NCBI RefSeq assembly: GCF_051307035.1
Contig: NZ_CP195536.1
Coordinates: forward strand, 690,001-722,000
Reading direction: 5' to 3'
Origin: Psychrobacter sp. DM4
Lineage (GTDB): Bacteria; Pseudomonadota; Gammaproteobacteria; Pseudomonadales; Moraxellaceae
Length of the DNA: 32,000 nt
The position numbers were made by a program, and so were the translations under genes. Numbering within the stretch: position 1 is the stretch's first letter; each line of letters begins with the position of its first letter. The notes beneath the pieces are model-generated. The model saw only the letters and a program-made list of their open reading frames with translations. It searched no databases and was not told the origin of the DNA. Below are positions 1-10,758 of this stretch, one piece after another.

Positions 1-234
1 ACGGACAACGGCGTACGTATTGTCGGAGCGGCTAATATCCCCTCGGAACTGGCAGCGCAGTCGTCAGATCTATACGCAAATAACTTAGTTAATTTTATAG
101 CGACGCTAATCAAAGAACCAGCTACAGATGATGTGTCATCTCAAGCACTGGCACTACACTTAGATATGGAAGATGAGATTCAGGGTGCTCTAGCAGTCAC
201 ACACGACGGTCAAGTTCGTCTTGCTAAGCGCTAA
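1..234 (+). CDS. pntAA: NAD(P) transhydrogenase alpha subunit part 1 (dI), C-terminal end; 5' end lies outside the window
   Basis: Frame 1 is open from base 1 to TAA at 232-234. The translation ...IVGAANIPSELAAQSSDLYANNLVNFIATL... resembles the conserved PntA dI C-terminal segment (E. coli ...SSQLYGTNLVNLL...). pntAB and pntB follow directly. Confidence 0.8.
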   Translation, partial: TDNGVRIVGAANIPSELAAQSSDLYANNLVNFIATLIKEPATDDVSSQALALHLDMEDEIQGALAVTHDGQVRLAKR

Positions 235-293
235 GTCTCGCCTGTCATACAACAGTGTGTTTACCAGTAATGAATAAATTTTAGGAGGATAAG

Positions 294-680
294 ATGATTG
301 CCACTATTTTAGCCGCAGCGCCAGCAGGTGCGGCAATGGCTAGCACACCATTTGTAGCGATTTTTACCGTATTTGTACTTGCTATTTTTGTTGGCTATTA
401 CGTCGTTTGGGGCGTTACCCCTGCGCTACATACGCCGCTTATGGCAGTGACTAACGCGCTGTCGAGTATCGTTATCGTTGGCGCTATGCTACAGACGGTT
501 ACTATCGACGGTTCTGTATTTACCGCAACTAGTATATTGGGCGCTTTTGCTGTATTTTTGGCCAGCGTAAATATTTTTGGTGGTTTTGCAGTTACTGAGC
601 GTATGCTCTCAATGTTCAAACCTAAACCCAAAAAAGTGGTCGTGACAACAGATACGACTGAGAGTGGGGGTAACGTATGA
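294..680 (+). CDS. pntAB: NAD(P) transhydrogenase alpha subunit part 2 (small membrane subunit)
   Basis: 128 aa hydrophobic protein with the conserved [30 protein letters not shown] core. AGGAGG lies 6 nt upstream of the ATG. Its stop overlaps the pntB start (ATGA at 677-680). Confidence 0.88.
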   Translation: MIATILAAAPAGAAMASTPFVAIFTVFVLAIFVGYYVVWGVTPALHTPLMAVTNALSSIVIVGAMLQTVTIDGSVFTATSILGAFAVFLASVNIFGGFAVTERMLSMFKPKPKKVVVTTDTTESGGNV

Positions 681-2077
681 GTAACTTCTCAGCTATGATC
701 GCTGCCAATGCAGATTGGTTTTATCTTATCGGTGCTATCTTGTTTGTTTTGACTTTACGTGGTCTATCTAGCCCAAAGACAGCGATTCGTGGTAATCGTA
801 TGGGTATGGCGGCGATGGCTATCGCTGTAGTGACTACTTTTTTCTTAGCTGAAGGTCCTATCCTTTGGATGATCGTTGGTGCCATGGTGTTAGGCGCAGT
901 AGTGGGTCTATGGAAAGCCAGAACGGTTGCCATGACGCAAATGCCAGAAACCGTTGCTTTAATGCATTCATTCGTCGGCCTAGCAGCGGTGGCCATTGCT
1001 CTAGCTACGGTACTACACACGGAAGAAGCTTACAGTACAATTACGCGTCTAGAGCTATTCATCGGTTGCTTTATCGGGGCGATTACCTTTTCAGCGTCAT
1101 TCTTTGCCTTTGGTAAATTGGCGGCTAAGAGCTGGGCTAAGACTCTGGTTGGTGGCTGGGTAAAACCAGTCCAAGCAATATTATTCATCGCTATGGTAGG
1201 TTTTGGTGCGGTCTACTTTATGACCGACTCCTTACCTGCCTTTTATGCGATGACTGTCCTTGCTATCGTCTTTGGTTGGATGTGGATTGCACCTATTGGC
1301 GGCGGTGACATGCCAGTCGTTGTGTCGCTTTTGAACTCATTCTCTGGTTGGGCTGCTGCGGGTATTGGTTTTACCCTTGGCAACTCAATGCTTATCATCG
1401 CAGGCTCGCTCGTCGGGTCATCAGGTGCGATTTTATCTTACATTATGTGTAAAGCTATGAACCGCTCACTGCTTAATGTCTTGTTCGGCGGTATGGGAAC
1501 CACAGCAGTCGCAGCGGGCGATGATGATAGCGCGCCAAAAAAATACAAGTCAGGCTCAGCAGAAGACGCTGGGTTCTTGATGGCGAATGCTAGCGACGTG
1601 ATTATCGTACCGGGCTATGGCATGGCGCAAGGCCGTGCACAGAATGCGGTCAAAGAGCTATATGAGTTACTCAAAGAAGAAGGCGTTAACGTCCGTTTTG
1701 CGATTCATCCCGTCGCTGGTCGTATGCCAGGTCACATGAACGTCTTATTAGCAGAAGCTGACGTACCTTATGATGACATCATGGAGATGGACGAGATCAA
1801 CTCAGACTTTGCCAGTACTGATGTGGTACTCGTTATTGGTGCCAATGACGTGGTTAACCCGTCTGCCAAAGATGATCCAACGTCGCCTATCTTTGGTATG
1901 CCAATATTAGAGGTCACCAAAGCGCAAACCGTTATGGTCATCAAACGTTCGATGAATACTGGTTATGCAGGCTTAGATAATAGCTTGTTCTATATGGACA
2001 AAACTATGATGATCTTTGGTGATGCCAAGAAAATGGTTGAAGAGATGGTTCGTAGTATCAATGGTGCTGGTCATTAA
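677..2077 (+). CDS. pntB: NAD(P) transhydrogenase beta subunit
   Basis: 466 aa with a multi-TM N-terminal half and a C-terminal dIII NADP(H)-binding domain (...[20 protein letters not shown]...[18 protein letters not shown]...[10 protein letters not shown]...). ATGA translational coupling with pntAB. Confidence 0.95.
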   Translation: MSNFSAMIAANADWFYLIGAILFVLTLRGLSSPKTAIRGNRMGMAAMAIAVVTTFFLAEGPILWMIVGAMVLGAVVGLWKARTVAMTQMPETVALMHSFVGLAAVAIALATVLHTEEAYSTITRLELFIGCFIGAITFSASFFAFGKLAAKSWAKTLVGGWVKPVQAILFIAMVGFGAVYFMTDSLPAFYAMTVLAIVFGWMWIAPIGGGDMPVVVSLLNSFSGWAAAGIGFTLGNSMLIIAGSLVGSSGAILSYIMCKAMNRSLLNVLFGGMGTTAVAAGDDDSAPKKYKSGSAEDAGFLMANASDVIIVPGYGMAQGRAQNAVKELYELLKEEGVNVRFAIHPVAGRMPGHMNVLLAEADVPYDDIMEMDEINSDFASTDVVLVIGANDVVNPSAKDDPTSPIFGMPILEVTKAQTVMVIKRSMNTGYAGLDNSLFYMDKTMMIFGDAKKMVEEMVRSINGAGH

Positions 2078-2099
2078 TTCCTAAGACGTTTAACCTTCC

Positions 2100-2126
2100 A
2101 AAAAAGTCACTCAAGTGGCTTTTTTT
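2100..2126 (+). terminator. Rho-independent terminator of the pnt operon
   Basis: Stem AAGTCAC (2104-2110), loop TCAA, stem GTGGCTT (2115-2121, one G-U pair), followed by a T-run to 2126. Confidence 0.7.
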
Positions 2127-2186
2127 GCGTTAAGGTTGCCCGCATTTAGACAGACTTATTATCCAGACAGTAAAAGAGAGTTATTT

Positions 2187-2726
2187 ATGAACATGTTGCT
2201 ACGTTTTTTTATTATGACTAGCTTACTCAGACAGCAGCTCAAGCAACAGCCAGTGAGACAGAATCTCAGTGAAGAGAGACTAAAAATACCAGTCGTACGT
2301 CACTACCGAGTATTACCGCATGACTTAGGGTTTCGTGATCATCTGCCCAATTATCGCTTCTTATCGTTTATTGAGCTCAATGTCACTAAGTGGTTAAGGA
2401 CTTGCTGTCATCAAAAAGGTATCAAAACTCCAGAGTGGATTATCGCTATGCAGGAGATTATCTACCTAAAGCAAATCAAGTTTTTGGACAAAATGACTTT
2501 AAAAAGTACTTTGGCAGGTTGGGATCAGAAGTATGTGTATTTTGAACACCAATTCTTTGTAAAAGATCAACTCATGGCCGTTGGAATGACTAAGTTTGTG
2601 CTGGTAAGTACACAAGGTCAGCAAACGCCAGCCATATTAGACATGCAAGGGGAGCAGTTCACTGATGTTATTACCTCATGGAATAAACATCAAGTGGCGG
2701 TCAAATCAATGCCTAAAGGTCTTTGA
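2187..2726 (+). CDS. Hotdog-fold thioesterase-like family protein
   Basis: The pattern ...RVLPHDLGFRDHLPNYRFLSFIELNVTKWL...WIIAMQEIIYLKQIKFLDKMTLKSTLAGWDQKYVYFEHQFFVKD... matches the thioesterase-like (4HBT_2/FcoT-like) layout as I remember it. I moved the start to ATG 2187 (AGAGAG upstream) because the track start at 2115 lies inside the pnt terminator. Confidence 0.55.
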   Translation: MNMLLRFFIMTSLLRQQLKQQPVRQNLSEERLKIPVVRHYRVLPHDLGFRDHLPNYRFLSFIELNVTKWLRTCCHQKGIKTPEWIIAMQEIIYLKQIKFLDKMTLKSTLAGWDQKYVYFEHQFFVKDQLMAVGMTKFVLVSTQGQQTPAILDMQGEQFTDVITSWNKHQVAVKSMPKGL

Positions 2727-2847
2727 AAAATATTGCTACTGTGTAAGACTTGCATAAGAATGCAGCCTTTTAATGCTTATCTATACAGTAGACGATAAAC
2801 TTTGATAGGATGAGGCCACTTAGTTTTATAATAAATAAGGAATCACT

Positions 2848-3057
2848 ATGACCCCGCAAAAACTTAAATGGACAGACAGCTTAGATATCGCGATTGAGCT
2901 CTATGAGAAGTTCCCTGAGACGGATCCACAATATATCCGCTTTACCGATCTACATCGTTGGGTAACTGAATTAGAAGGCTTCGATGATGATCCACAAAAA
3001 TCTAACGAAGGCATCTTAGAAGCCATTCAAATGAATTGGATCGATGAAGCAGACTAG
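2848..3057 (+). CDS. iscX: Fe-S cluster assembly protein IscX
   Basis: 69 aa, near-colinear with E. coli IscX/YfhJ (LKWTDS..I...LY...P..DP..IRFTDLH.W...LE.FDDDP..SNE.ILEAI...W.DEA). AAGGA RBS. Confidence 0.9.
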   Translation: MTPQKLKWTDSLDIAIELYEKFPETDPQYIRFTDLHRWVTELEGFDDDPQKSNEGILEAIQMNWIDEAD

Positions 3058-3129
3058 ATCGACTTATAGAGTACAAGCAGTGCATTCATTAAAAAATGTT
3101 TCAATTCAATAAATATAATAGGCCGTATT

Positions 3130-3693
3130 ATGAGTTCACAAATCAAAGAGTTATCTGAAGCTATTGCTTGTAAAGGCATAAGTGCTCGTACCACTAACAA
3201 TGCTGAAATCAGTCACGATACTGCCAAATTAGGTCGATTATGGCAAAAGTTTTACCAAAACCATGTCAGCCATCTTAGCGATAACGAAGATATTTATGGG
3301 GTTTATCACAACTACGAGAGCGAGGATCTAGTTGGTGCATTTGATGTGGTCGCCAGTTGGGAGGTAAAGAGCGAGCCTGTAAAGAGAGAGGATGACAATG
3401 AGAATAGCCACGAAGATAATAGCAAAGACAATAACGTTCTAAGTCCTGAGAATATTCTTAGCGCCGCTCATGGTAGCGATGTGGTCACCATCACAATCCC
3501 TGAAGGCAAGTATCTAGTATTTACCGAAGAAGGTAGAATGCCTAACACCGTGATGAACGCGTGGGAGAAGGCTTGGGAGTACTTCCATAACCCAAATTGC
3601 GAGCATACTCGCACTTATAAGGTCGATTTTGAGCATTATATCGGTGGCAACTTGGAGTATGGGCAATTGGATCTGTATATTGGGATTGAGTAG
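3130..3693 (+). CDS. GyrI-like / AraC-effector-binding-domain family small-molecule binding protein
   Basis: The N-terminal ...LGRLWQKFYQ...IYGVYHNYES...FDVVASWEV and the C-terminal ...AWEKAWEYF......YKVDFEHY... are typical of GyrI-like/Cass2-type proteins. An acidic low-complexity insert (KREDDNENSHEDNSKDNN) lies between the halves. Confidence 0.5.
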   Translation: MSSQIKELSEAIACKGISARTTNNAEISHDTAKLGRLWQKFYQNHVSHLSDNEDIYGVYHNYESEDLVGAFDVVASWEVKSEPVKREDDNENSHEDNSKDNNVLSPENILSAAHGSDVVTITIPEGKYLVFTEEGRMPNTVMNAWEKAWEYFHNPNCEHTRTYKVDFEHYIGGNLEYGQLDLYIGIE

Positions 3694-3768
3694 GGTTTTA
3701 AAGTTTTACTCAATCTTTTAATCAGTTGTATGGTGTGGTTAGCGCAATCGCAACCCACTGATTGAGCC

Positions 3769-3809
3769 AAAAAAAAGCGCCGCTTATCTTGTAAGTGGCG
3801 CTTTTTTTG
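3769..3809. terminator. Bidirectional rho-independent terminator between the convergent GyrI-like gene and dapE
   Basis: A-run 3769-3776, stem AGCGCCGCTTA (3776-3786), loop TCTTG, stem TAAGTGGCGCT (3792-3802), T-run to 3808. Confidence 0.8.
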
Positions 3810-3828
3810 TATTCTAAATTAACCTATT

Positions 3829-5073
<1,245 letters not shown>

Positions 5074-5130
5074 TTACAAAAATGAGATAGGCAAAATTGC
5101 GGTGTAATAAGGATTATTTGGATAAAAACC

Positions 5131-5913
5131 TCAGACACTAACGAACGGAACTAGCGTGTCACGGCGCATCCAAGTCGCGATAGAATAGCGCTGGCGATAA
5201 GCGGTTTGTACTTGATGACGCAAATCGCTATGAAAGATAATTAAGCGATTAGCTACTGGCAAAATTACATTATGGACGCCGTGATGATCAACGATCTCTA
5301 ATGCGCCGCCATCATCCTTCTCCCAGTTGTCATTGAGATAAAATACCGCTGATAGCACCCGCTCATCGCGTCCCGTAGGATTATCACTGTGCCACTGATA
5401 GCCAAAACCAATAGGGTAGCAGGCATAATGCGCCTCGCTATGACGAATACCGGTATACAAGGTACGGTTTAAGACGCCAGCTAACTCATTGATGCTTTGT
5501 AGGTAGTAAAATCCTGCATAGAAGTCTTTATTAATCCAGCGGATTTTATCCCCGCGTATATGACTCAAGCGTACCCCCGCCGCCAGATGCGCATCCCGAT
5601 AATCGATAAAGCCACTTTCTGCTTGTAGGGCGAGTAGGGCTCTATCTTCAAATATCTTATCAATGATAATAAAACCCTCAAAGCTAAGCTTATCTAGCTC
5701 ATCATCAGTAAGCCTATGTTCCCAATCGACATGAAAGTGAGACGATAACAACGCATTTTGCTTCTGATCAACACTATGAGCTTCATTGCTAGTGTAATTG
5801 ATATCTGACTGATGCGGTAGTAGAGACAAATTATCGGCTGCTATACGCTCGTTAATGCGCAGCTGCTTTAGATCAGCATCTATTACTTCAATACTACTGC
5901 TAATCGTTGTCAT
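5131..5913 (-). CDS. 2OG-Fe(II) oxygenase superfamily protein (prolyl-4-hydroxylase-like fold)
   Basis: HxD...H facial triad candidates (WHSDNP ... IIFHSDLRHQV) plus a distal RYSIATW arginine, in the spacing of 2OG-dependent oxygenases. Confidence 0.65.
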   Translation of the reverse strand: MTTISSSIEVIDADLKQLRINERIAADNLSLLPHQSDINYTSNEAHSVDQKQNALLSSHFHVDWEHRLTDDELDKLSFEGFIIIDKIFEDRALLALQAESGFIDYRDAHLAAGVRLSHIRGDKIRWINKDFYAGFYYLQSINELAGVLNRTLYTGIRHSEAHYACYPIGFGYQWHSDNPTGRDERVLSAVFYLNDNWEKDDGGALEIVDHHGVHNVILPVANRLIIFHSDLRHQVQTAYRQRYSIATWMRRDTLVPFVSV

Positions 5914-6074
5914 TTTTTATCCCTGTAACAAGCATAATCAAACACGCATAGTCAAACAACTCCCTGACCTCTATCGTCGCCCACCATTCAATGACGAGTT
6001 ACCGAAACCTCGTTATCTTTTATGCTGTCTATGCTACCATAGATGCAATTTTTCTTATTTAAACTTTTGAGACT

Positions 6075-6959
6075 ATGAACTATAAACACGCCTACCACGC
6101 TGGTAACTTTGCCGATGTGGTCAAACACATCTTGCTCGTACAGCTGCTCAATCAATTAAGCCAAAAGAATAAGCCTTTTTATGTGCTAGATGCTTATGGT
6201 GGCCGCGGATTATATTCGCTTAGTAGCGAAGAGGCACGCAAGACGGGTGAGGCCAAAGGCGGTATTCAAGCTTTGCTAAAATCGGCCGATGTCGATATGG
6301 AAAAAGCACCAGCCGCTATCAAAGATTATATGGAAGGCATCAAGCAAGCGCGCTTCACTTACGATAGCAAAGTCTATCCAGGGTCGCCGTGGTGGATTGC
6401 TCATCATGTTGAAAAGAACCCTGAGGGCGGCGTACGCGGTGAAGCCTTTGAAGCTAAAGCGAGCGAGTATGATGCGCTAAATTATCAATTGCATAAGCTG
6501 CCAATCGGTATTCACCACCGTGATGCCTTTGAGGGAATACGTGCAGTCATTCCCCCTGTTGAGCGCCGTGGTCTGATCTTTTTGGATCCGCCTTATGAGC
6601 AAGAGCACAAAGACTTTACTCGTTTGATTGACTTACTAGTAGCTTCTTATAATAAGTGGCCACAAGGCACTTATGCATTATGGTTCCCCATCAAAAATAT
6701 TGAAGCCGTTGAGCTGTTTTATAAGAAACTAAAACGTACCGATATGAGACGTCAGCTGATTTGTGAGCTGAATGTTTACCCTAATGACGTTGCTGTTGGC
6801 CTCAATGGTACTGGTATGCTGATTATCAATCCGCCTTGGCAGTTTGATAATCAAGCTCGCGAGATATTACGCTTTTTACAGCCAGCACTCAAAGTCGCTG
6901 ATGCCCCTAACATGACTCCTGATAGCGCTACCAACGTGCGCTGGCTGGTTGGCGAATAA
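6075..6959 (+). CDS. rlmJ: 23S rRNA (adenine2030-N6)-methyltransferase
   Basis: The N-terminus MNYKHAYHAGNFADVVKH and the later ...FLDPPYE... motif are diagnostic of RlmJ (YhiR). Confidence 0.9.
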   Translation: MNYKHAYHAGNFADVVKHILLVQLLNQLSQKNKPFYVLDAYGGRGLYSLSSEEARKTGEAKGGIQALLKSADVDMEKAPAAIKDYMEGIKQARFTYDSKVYPGSPWWIAHHVEKNPEGGVRGEAFEAKASEYDALNYQLHKLPIGIHHRDAFEGIRAVIPPVERRGLIFLDPPYEQEHKDFTRLIDLLVASYNKWPQGTYALWFPIKNIEAVELFYKKLKRTDMRRQLICELNVYPNDVAVGLNGTGMLIINPPWQFDNQAREILRFLQPALKVADAPNMTPDSATNVRWLVGE

Positions 6960-6966
6960 AGGTAAA

Positions 6967-7842
6967 ATGATGAGTCTTGATAATAAATCTGACAAAACCA
7001 CTAATGACAGTGCGGCAACCCAGCCGCCCTATGTTGATGAGCATGAGTTTAATATCCGCTTAGCTGATAACGATGATTATGATGGGCTAACCTTTGAGGT
7101 GATAGAGACCGAAGTCGCTGAAGGGCAGCCAGTAGTCAGTCGTGGGGTTTACCTAGCGCCTAATTTAATCACTACTTTATCGCTGTTATCAGGATTTTAT
7201 TCAATCTTAGCCAGTACTAGTGGCGAGTTTTATAAAGCTGCATTAGCTATTTTCTTGTCCGCTATCTTAGATGGTGCTGACGGTCGTGTCGCACGTATGC
7301 TTAATGCACAAAGCCCATTCGGTGAACAGTACGATTCGCTAGCCGATATGCTCGCTTTTGGCGTTGCACCTGCTATTTTGGTCTACAGTTTTGCTCTGCA
7401 ACCGTTAGGTCGTATTGGTCTTGCTTGCGCTTTTCTGTTTACAGCATGTGGTGCGTTTCGTCTAGCACGATTCAACGTACAAGTCGGTATTGTTGACAAG
7501 AAATACTTCGTCGGTTTAGCCAGTCCGCTCGCCGCTATTTTGGTGACGGCTGCTGTTATGGTAGCCATTGACCATAACGAATGGGTTGGGTATTACGATA
7601 CGGCTGTTATGTTCTTGTTTGCAGGATGGGTGGTGATTTGTGGGTTACTCATGGTCAGCAATGTTAAGTACTATAGCTTTAAAGAGTTTGATAAGAAGAA
7701 AGTGCCTTTTGTGGCGTTAATTGTCGGAGTTTTAGTTATAGGTATTGTGTTATATGATATTCCAGTTGGGCTACTAGCTATTGGTATTATCTATGCGCTA
7801 TCTGGTATTGTGACTACGGTTAGAGCTAAGATGAAAAGTTAA
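6967..7842 (+). CDS. pssA: CDP-diacylglycerol--serine O-phosphatidyltransferase (CDP-alcohol phosphatidyltransferase type)
   Basis: Exact CDP-alcohol motif DG(x2)AR(x8)G(x3)D(x3)D in ...DGADGRVARMLNAQSPFGEQYDSLADML..., with multiple TM helices. The start is placed at ATG 6967; the track start at 6949 is TTG and overlaps the rlmJ end. Confidence 0.85.
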   Translation: MMSLDNKSDKTTNDSAATQPPYVDEHEFNIRLADNDDYDGLTFEVIETEVAEGQPVVSRGVYLAPNLITTLSLLSGFYSILASTSGEFYKAALAIFLSAILDGADGRVARMLNAQSPFGEQYDSLADMLAFGVAPAILVYSFALQPLGRIGLACAFLFTACGAFRLARFNVQVGIVDKKYFVGLASPLAAILVTAAVMVAIDHNEWVGYYDTAVMFLFAGWVVICGLLMVSNVKYYSFKEFDKKKVPFVALIVGVLVIGIVLYDIPVGLLAIGIIYALSGIVTTVRAKMKS

Positions 7843-7869
7843 AATTGATAGACCCTAATAGAGATCATG

Positions 7870-7909
7870 AAAAGGCCACCTTCTAAGATAATAGCTGGTG
7901 GCCTTTTTT
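7870..7909. terminator. Bidirectional rho-independent terminator between convergent pssA and the hybrid kinase gene
   Basis: AAAAGGCCACC (7870-7880), a 16-nt loop, GGTGGCCTTTT (7897-7907), with A/T runs on both sides. Confidence 0.8.
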
Positions 7910-7937
7910 AATAGTTAAACAGAGCACAATAAAGATA

Positions 7938-10052
7938 TTATTTCGCAAGTATTTGCTGTAATTGTTGGCGTAGATTTTTGGGGTCTATAGGTTTGTGCAA
8001 TACTAGTGGGTTGATTGCTTTGGTGGCCGTAAATAGCTGCGGTGACGTATCTGCGGTCAAGATAATGAATGGCGTTGCATTTGCAAGGTCACTGCTTTTT
8101 CGAATAGCAAGGATAATATCTTCACCCGTTACATTATTAGCCAAGCGAAAGTCAGTGATCACGATATCGGGTCTACGTGCAGCAAAAGCAGTTACCGCAT
8201 CCTCTAATGTCTTTACAGCAATAGGCTGACAGCCCCAAGAGCCAAGCAACAATTGCATTGATTTTAATACGGCATCATCATCATCAATGATTAACACAAC
8301 CTTTTGTTTGAGATGATCGATAGTCGTATTATTATCTAGATTCCCATCATTAATAGGCTGGCAAGTTGGGAGCACAATCGAGAACTGCGATCCGACACCA
8401 ATACTTGACTTGACGTCGAGCTCAGCTTTTAGCAGTTGCGTCATACCTTTGACGATAGCCAAACCCAGACCCAATCCTTGATCTGTCGTTTTGTTACGCT
8501 CTATCTGATAAAACGATTCAAATATCTGTTCCGTTTCATCAGCAGTCATGCCGCTTCCTGTATCCCAAACACTAACGCGACAATACGTTATCAAGATAGA
8601 TTGATTTACTATTGGAGATTTGCGTACGCCAACGACTATACCGCCCTCATTGGTATAGCGTATGGCATTACTAATGAGGTTTCTGAGGATAAGCGCGATC
8701 ATAGTAGGGTCAGTCATAACCCAAGTACCTTTGGGTGTATAGCGTAGGGATAAGCCTTTGTTATCAGCCTGAATCCCAAACTCATCGATCAGATTCTGAA
8801 TAATACTATCAAGATTGGTAGCAGTATACTGCGCGGTCATCTGACCGGACTCAATGTGCGCGTAATCTAATATCGTATTGAGCATCTCTCGACTAGAGTG
8901 GCTGGCAGATTTTGCATAGTCGACTATCTGCGATTGATGAAGATCAAGGTCAGTATCAGCCAATGCTTCGATGAATAGACTTAGCGCGTGGACAGGCTGA
9001 CGCAAATCGTGACTGGCTGATGCTAAGATTTTAGTCTTCGCTAGGCTTGCTTCTTCGACTTGGCGAGTTTTTATTTGCAGTTGAGCAATCAGACTCTCGT
9101 TTTCTATATAAACCAAAATCGCCTTCAAGGTATTAATAGAGGTATGGCGAGCAAAGAAAATATCAAAGAACAATAGCCCAATGACAGCAAAAGCTAAAAT
9201 GATGAGTCCAGTATCGGTCATATAGCTCAACAAAAAAATCCATACAAAAACACTAGGTAGAGCGTAGGCAATATAAACTCGCCAAAACGTTGCCAAACAT
9301 GAGATGCCACCACTTAACAGACCCAAATGCAGTCCTAGCAGGACTATTACTTGCGTTGAGTTTTGGATGTTAGTCGTAAAAGCTTTACCAATAGCCAGTG
9401 CCCATAGACAGGCAATGGCAAGTGCACAGACAAATAACACACTATAAGCGGCGTAGTTAGCTAGATAATGAGCATGACTCACAGAAGTCGCCGCACTTAG
9501 AACTGGCATTTGAGTATGGTCTGTTTCTATAGGCTTGTCAGGCGCATTAAGCTTATGAAATAAAGCTTTTATTTTTTCCCAGTGGCTCCAGCAAAAGGTA
9601 AGAATAATACTATGAAATACTATCCAAACAACGACTAAAGCATTTGTAGCAAGCAGCATCATTTCAGGCGTATGGAGCAGCATAACGGTAAAGACTATAA
9701 TACCCAAGATCATAGCCGACGAAAATAATATAGCAAAACTGATGAATATATTTTTTAAAAATTTAAGACTAAGACTCTCTACCCGCTTTAGTATTAGTTG
9801 AGTGATCTGCCACAATGACCCTAAAATAATCGCCTGATAGACTATCCAGAATATATTGAGTATCTTTTGATTGTTACTGAGATCGTAGGTGATGTACATC
9901 GTTGCCACAAAACAGAGTGCTGTAAAAAGCGTGCCTAACAATGCTAAGGGTAGATATCTATGAGCCAGTTTGGTCTGCTCTGCTAGTACTAGTTTGGGAT
10001 CATAGTGGTTTGGGATAAGGCTAGGTAGAGCCTCTATATCGTCTTTAAACAT
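7938..10052 (-). CDS. Hybrid sensor histidine kinase / response regulator with a multi-TM N-terminal sensor region
   Basis: About eight hydrophobic helices by eye in aa 30-300. H-box ASASHDLRQPVHAL, HATPase_c N/G boxes (NLISNAIRYT ... DTGSGM ... GLGLGLAIV) and a C-terminal receiver (VLIIDDDD ... ITDFRL ... LHKP). Confidence 0.88.
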   Translation of the reverse strand: MFKDDIEALPSLIPNHYDPKLVLAEQTKLAHRYLPLALLGTLFTALCFVATMYITYDLSNNQKILNIFWIVYQAIILGSLWQITQLILKRVESLSLKFLKNIFISFAILFSSAMILGIIVFTVMLLHTPEMMLLATNALVVVWIVFHSIILTFCWSHWEKIKALFHKLNAPDKPIETDHTQMPVLSAATSVSHAHYLANYAAYSVLFVCALAIACLWALAIGKAFTTNIQNSTQVIVLLGLHLGLLSGGISCLATFWRVYIAYALPSVFVWIFLLSYMTDTGLIILAFAVIGLLFFDIFFARHTSINTLKAILVYIENESLIAQLQIKTRQVEEASLAKTKILASASHDLRQPVHALSLFIEALADTDLDLHQSQIVDYAKSASHSSREMLNTILDYAHIESGQMTAQYTATNLDSIIQNLIDEFGIQADNKGLSLRYTPKGTWVMTDPTMIALILRNLISNAIRYTNEGGIVVGVRKSPIVNQSILITYCRVSVWDTGSGMTADETEQIFESFYQIERNKTTDQGLGLGLAIVKGMTQLLKAELDVKSSIGVGSQFSIVLPTCQPINDGNLDNNTTIDHLKQKVVLIIDDDDAVLKSMQLLLGSWGCQPIAVKTLEDAVTAFAARRPDIVITDFRLANNVTGEDIILAIRKSSDLANATPFIILTADTSPQLFTATKAINPLVLHKPIDPKNLRQQLQQILAK

Positions 10053-10122
10053 AATCTATGACCATACCTTTTCAAACTATAGAGGAGTATAAAAAATACT
10101 AATAAAGATGATAATGAGCCGA

Positions 10123-10758
10123 TTAGGTAAGATACCCTGCTTGCTGCGCTGCAATGATAATTTTGGTGCGATTATTGACTTCAAAATGCTTCATTAGTGT
10201 AACGGTATAATTGCGTACCGTATGCTCACTAAGAAATAGTTTGTCAGCGATATACTTATTACTATGACCTTCAGCCATAAGCCCTAACACCTCTAATAAT
10301 CGAATACTAAGCAGCGACTTGGCTTCTGTAACCGCTGGCAGGGGTATAGCGGTGACCTGACTACTCGTATTTGACACATGCAATTTTAGAAGCGATTGTA
10401 CCGTAGTGCAAATAACCGCAGGATCTGTATTTTTGTTCAAAAAACAACTGGCCCCTAATGCTAGTGCCTTGTTGATATCTTGATGGTTACTAAGTGCCGA
10501 TAGCAACATAATACGCGCTTGTGGCCATTTTTTTTGCAAAATACTCATGCCGTCAATGCCATTGAGTCCTGGCAGACAGATATCCAATAAGATCACATCT
10601 ACTTCTACATCTAGTTCAGTCACATCGCTAATTTTCTCAATTTCAGTAATATTTGCTTTTATTTTACTTTGTAAAATAAGACGTAACCCTGCGCGAAACA
10701 AAGCATGGTCATCTACTAGCAATAAACTTTTTTTGGCTACTTCTTCAGTCATATTCAA
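10123..10758 (-). CDS. LuxR/NarL/FixJ-family response regulator (receiver plus C-terminal HTH)
   Basis: Receiver (LLLVDDHALFRAGL ... ILLDICLPGLNG ... K) and a LuxR-type HTH (...LSIRLLEVLGLMAEGHSNKYIADKLFLSEHTVRNYTVTLMKHF...). The track start at 10758 is TTG; ATG at 10752 is an alternative. It lies upstream of, and is probably co-transcribed with, the hybrid kinase. Confidence 0.85.
   Translation of the reverse strand: MNMTEEVAKKSLLLVDDHALFRAGLRLILQSKIKANITEIEKISDVTELDVEVDVILLDICLPGLNGIDGMSILQKKWPQARIMLLSALSNHQDINKALALGASCFLNKNTDPAVICTTVQSLLKLHVSNTSSQVTAIPLPAVTEAKSLLSIRLLEVLGLMAEGHSNKYIADKLFLSEHTVRNYTVTLMKHFEVNNRTKIIIAAQQAGYLT

Noticed and set aside
398-1116. ORFs 398-631 minus, 721-1020 minus and 865-1116 plus inside pntAB and pntB.
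   Set aside because: They are nested within strongly supported transhydrogenase genes and show no coding signatures of their own.
2115-2186. The N-terminal 24 codons of the track ORF 2115-2726.
   Set aside because: The start codon lies inside the pnt terminator hairpin and T-run. An ATG with an RBS at 2187 gives a protein matching the family N-terminus.
5131-5913. The prolyl-4-hydroxylase-like 2OG oxygenase as a possible modifier of the collagen-like adhesins 5 kb away.
   Set aside because: The two collagen-like tracts contain 0 and 1 proline in 224 triplets, so there is essentially no substrate. The gene is also separated from the adhesins by unrelated housekeeping genes (rlmJ, pssA) and terminators.
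5855-6070. A 71-aa plus-strand ORF spanning the 2OG-oxygenase start and the divergent intergenic region before rlmJ.
   Set aside because: It overlaps the 5' end of the oxygenase on the opposite strand, has an odd composition and lacks an RBS. The region is more simply a divergent promoter region.
7978-8747. Plus-strand ORFs 7978-8229 and 8436-8747, antisense to the hybrid kinase. ORF 10547-10804, antisense to the regulator, is a similar case.
   Set aside because: They are antisense to domains with clear motif support (receiver, HATPase), so they are likely spurious.
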